Shown piece after piece: positions 63,051 through 64,000 of a stretch of DNA of 64,000 nt. Source of the stretch: Euprymna scolopes (taxonomy: Eukaryota); the NCBI GenBank assembly GCA_053919585.1, contig CM132791.1; one strand, 5' to 3'. A program made the position numbers and the translations under genes. The notes beneath the pieces are model-generated. The model was not told the origin of the DNA. It did not search any database and saw only the letters and a list, made by a program, of their open reading frames with translations. How positions within the stretch are numbered: position 1 is the stretch's first letter; the number at the start of each line of letters is the position of its first letter.

Positions 63051-64000
63051 AGTGTAACACTAAAGAGAGGCCACATCAGACCGGTAAGGTTGATGTGACG
63101 TTTATTTTGGTTGAAAGTAATTTTTTGTTCCCGGACGATGATCGGGTTGAAAAAAAATTATTATTAATTTTTATTTGTGAATAAATTCTGAGCTAAGTCT
63201 GTTGTTGAAATGGTGGCGGCAAGAGTGCCTTTGTAGCGAAAAGTTGAATCAAATTCTAGACTTCAAAAGCGAAAAAGAATGCATAAAATATGTTAGCCAA
63301 AATACATAGGCGTTTGATCTCCAATGGCCGAAATCATAGTGTACAGTAGCCGGAGGGGTGGGGATTTCACACCCGCAATTGGCAAAACTAGGAGCTAAAG
63401 TTGACCTGGGAATTTGACAAGTTGAAAAGTCGGGTTGTTTTTGATCTAAGAGAAACACACGCAGTGACTCGGCATTGTGTTTAGAACAAAGAAGAGGAAA
63501 AAATGAATTGTCCGAAATTTCAAAACAATAAAATAACGTATCGAGAATTGTCATTTGGTGAATCAGATCGAACGAAAAAAGGGAATTTATGAAATATTTT
63601 TGCTCGGATGGGAACATGTGTTGTCCGATAAGTTCAAAGCGACAAATGCATTCTTGGTCTTTTGACGTAAACAAAATGCCTGATATAATAAAATGGCCGA
63701 CAACCAGAACTTAATTCAAAGATAAACTAAAATTCCTTTGAATTATCAAAGCGAAAAGTGAGATCAATAGATAATTTTAAAACAAATAAAATCGCGTGAT
63801 TTGCTTTAATTCAAAAGAAAAATAATTTTCCTGGATAGGGGGAAATTCCATTAGTAAGCCAGGGAGGAGTTAATTAATACAACGTGTAAGTTGGGCGTTA
63901 ATTAAGGGAGGAGTCAATCCAATTTTGGCAATGGACCAATGAAAAAGGGCCCTGTCGAAGTATAATCAACCAATGAGAAAAGGCCCCGTTGAATTATAAT

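Overview
AT-rich eukaryotic DNA, most likely from an invertebrate animal (inferred from the repeat content), made up almost entirely of decayed transposable elements and simple repeats. I found no intact host gene, rRNA, CRISPR array or functional tRNA. Contents: about a dozen pieces of two CR1/L2-group LINE families, one near-full-length RTE LINE, one complete but decayed Ty3/Gypsy element with both LTRs, two Tc1/mariner relics, several Helitron pieces, small TIR elements, many mini- and microsatellites, and a 134-N assembly gap. Two systems stand out. (1) A Helentron/Helitron2-like element (about 38.5-44.9 kb, minus strand). Its PIF1 helicase runs through a single poly-A frameshift into a USP/peptidase-C19 deubiquitinase-like domain that keeps the Cys, QQ and His boxes. 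The Rep domain is missing, a diverged duplicate of the USP C-terminal half lies downstream, and the 5' region is triplicated. (2) Hammerhead-ribozyme motifs in three different repeat contexts: an intact core inside the long inverted repeats of a 2.25-kb element, a tRNA-Ala-headed SINE-like unit with a decayed hammerhead, and an isolated type I motif. All assignments come from motif recognition by eye, and boundaries of decayed elements are approximate.
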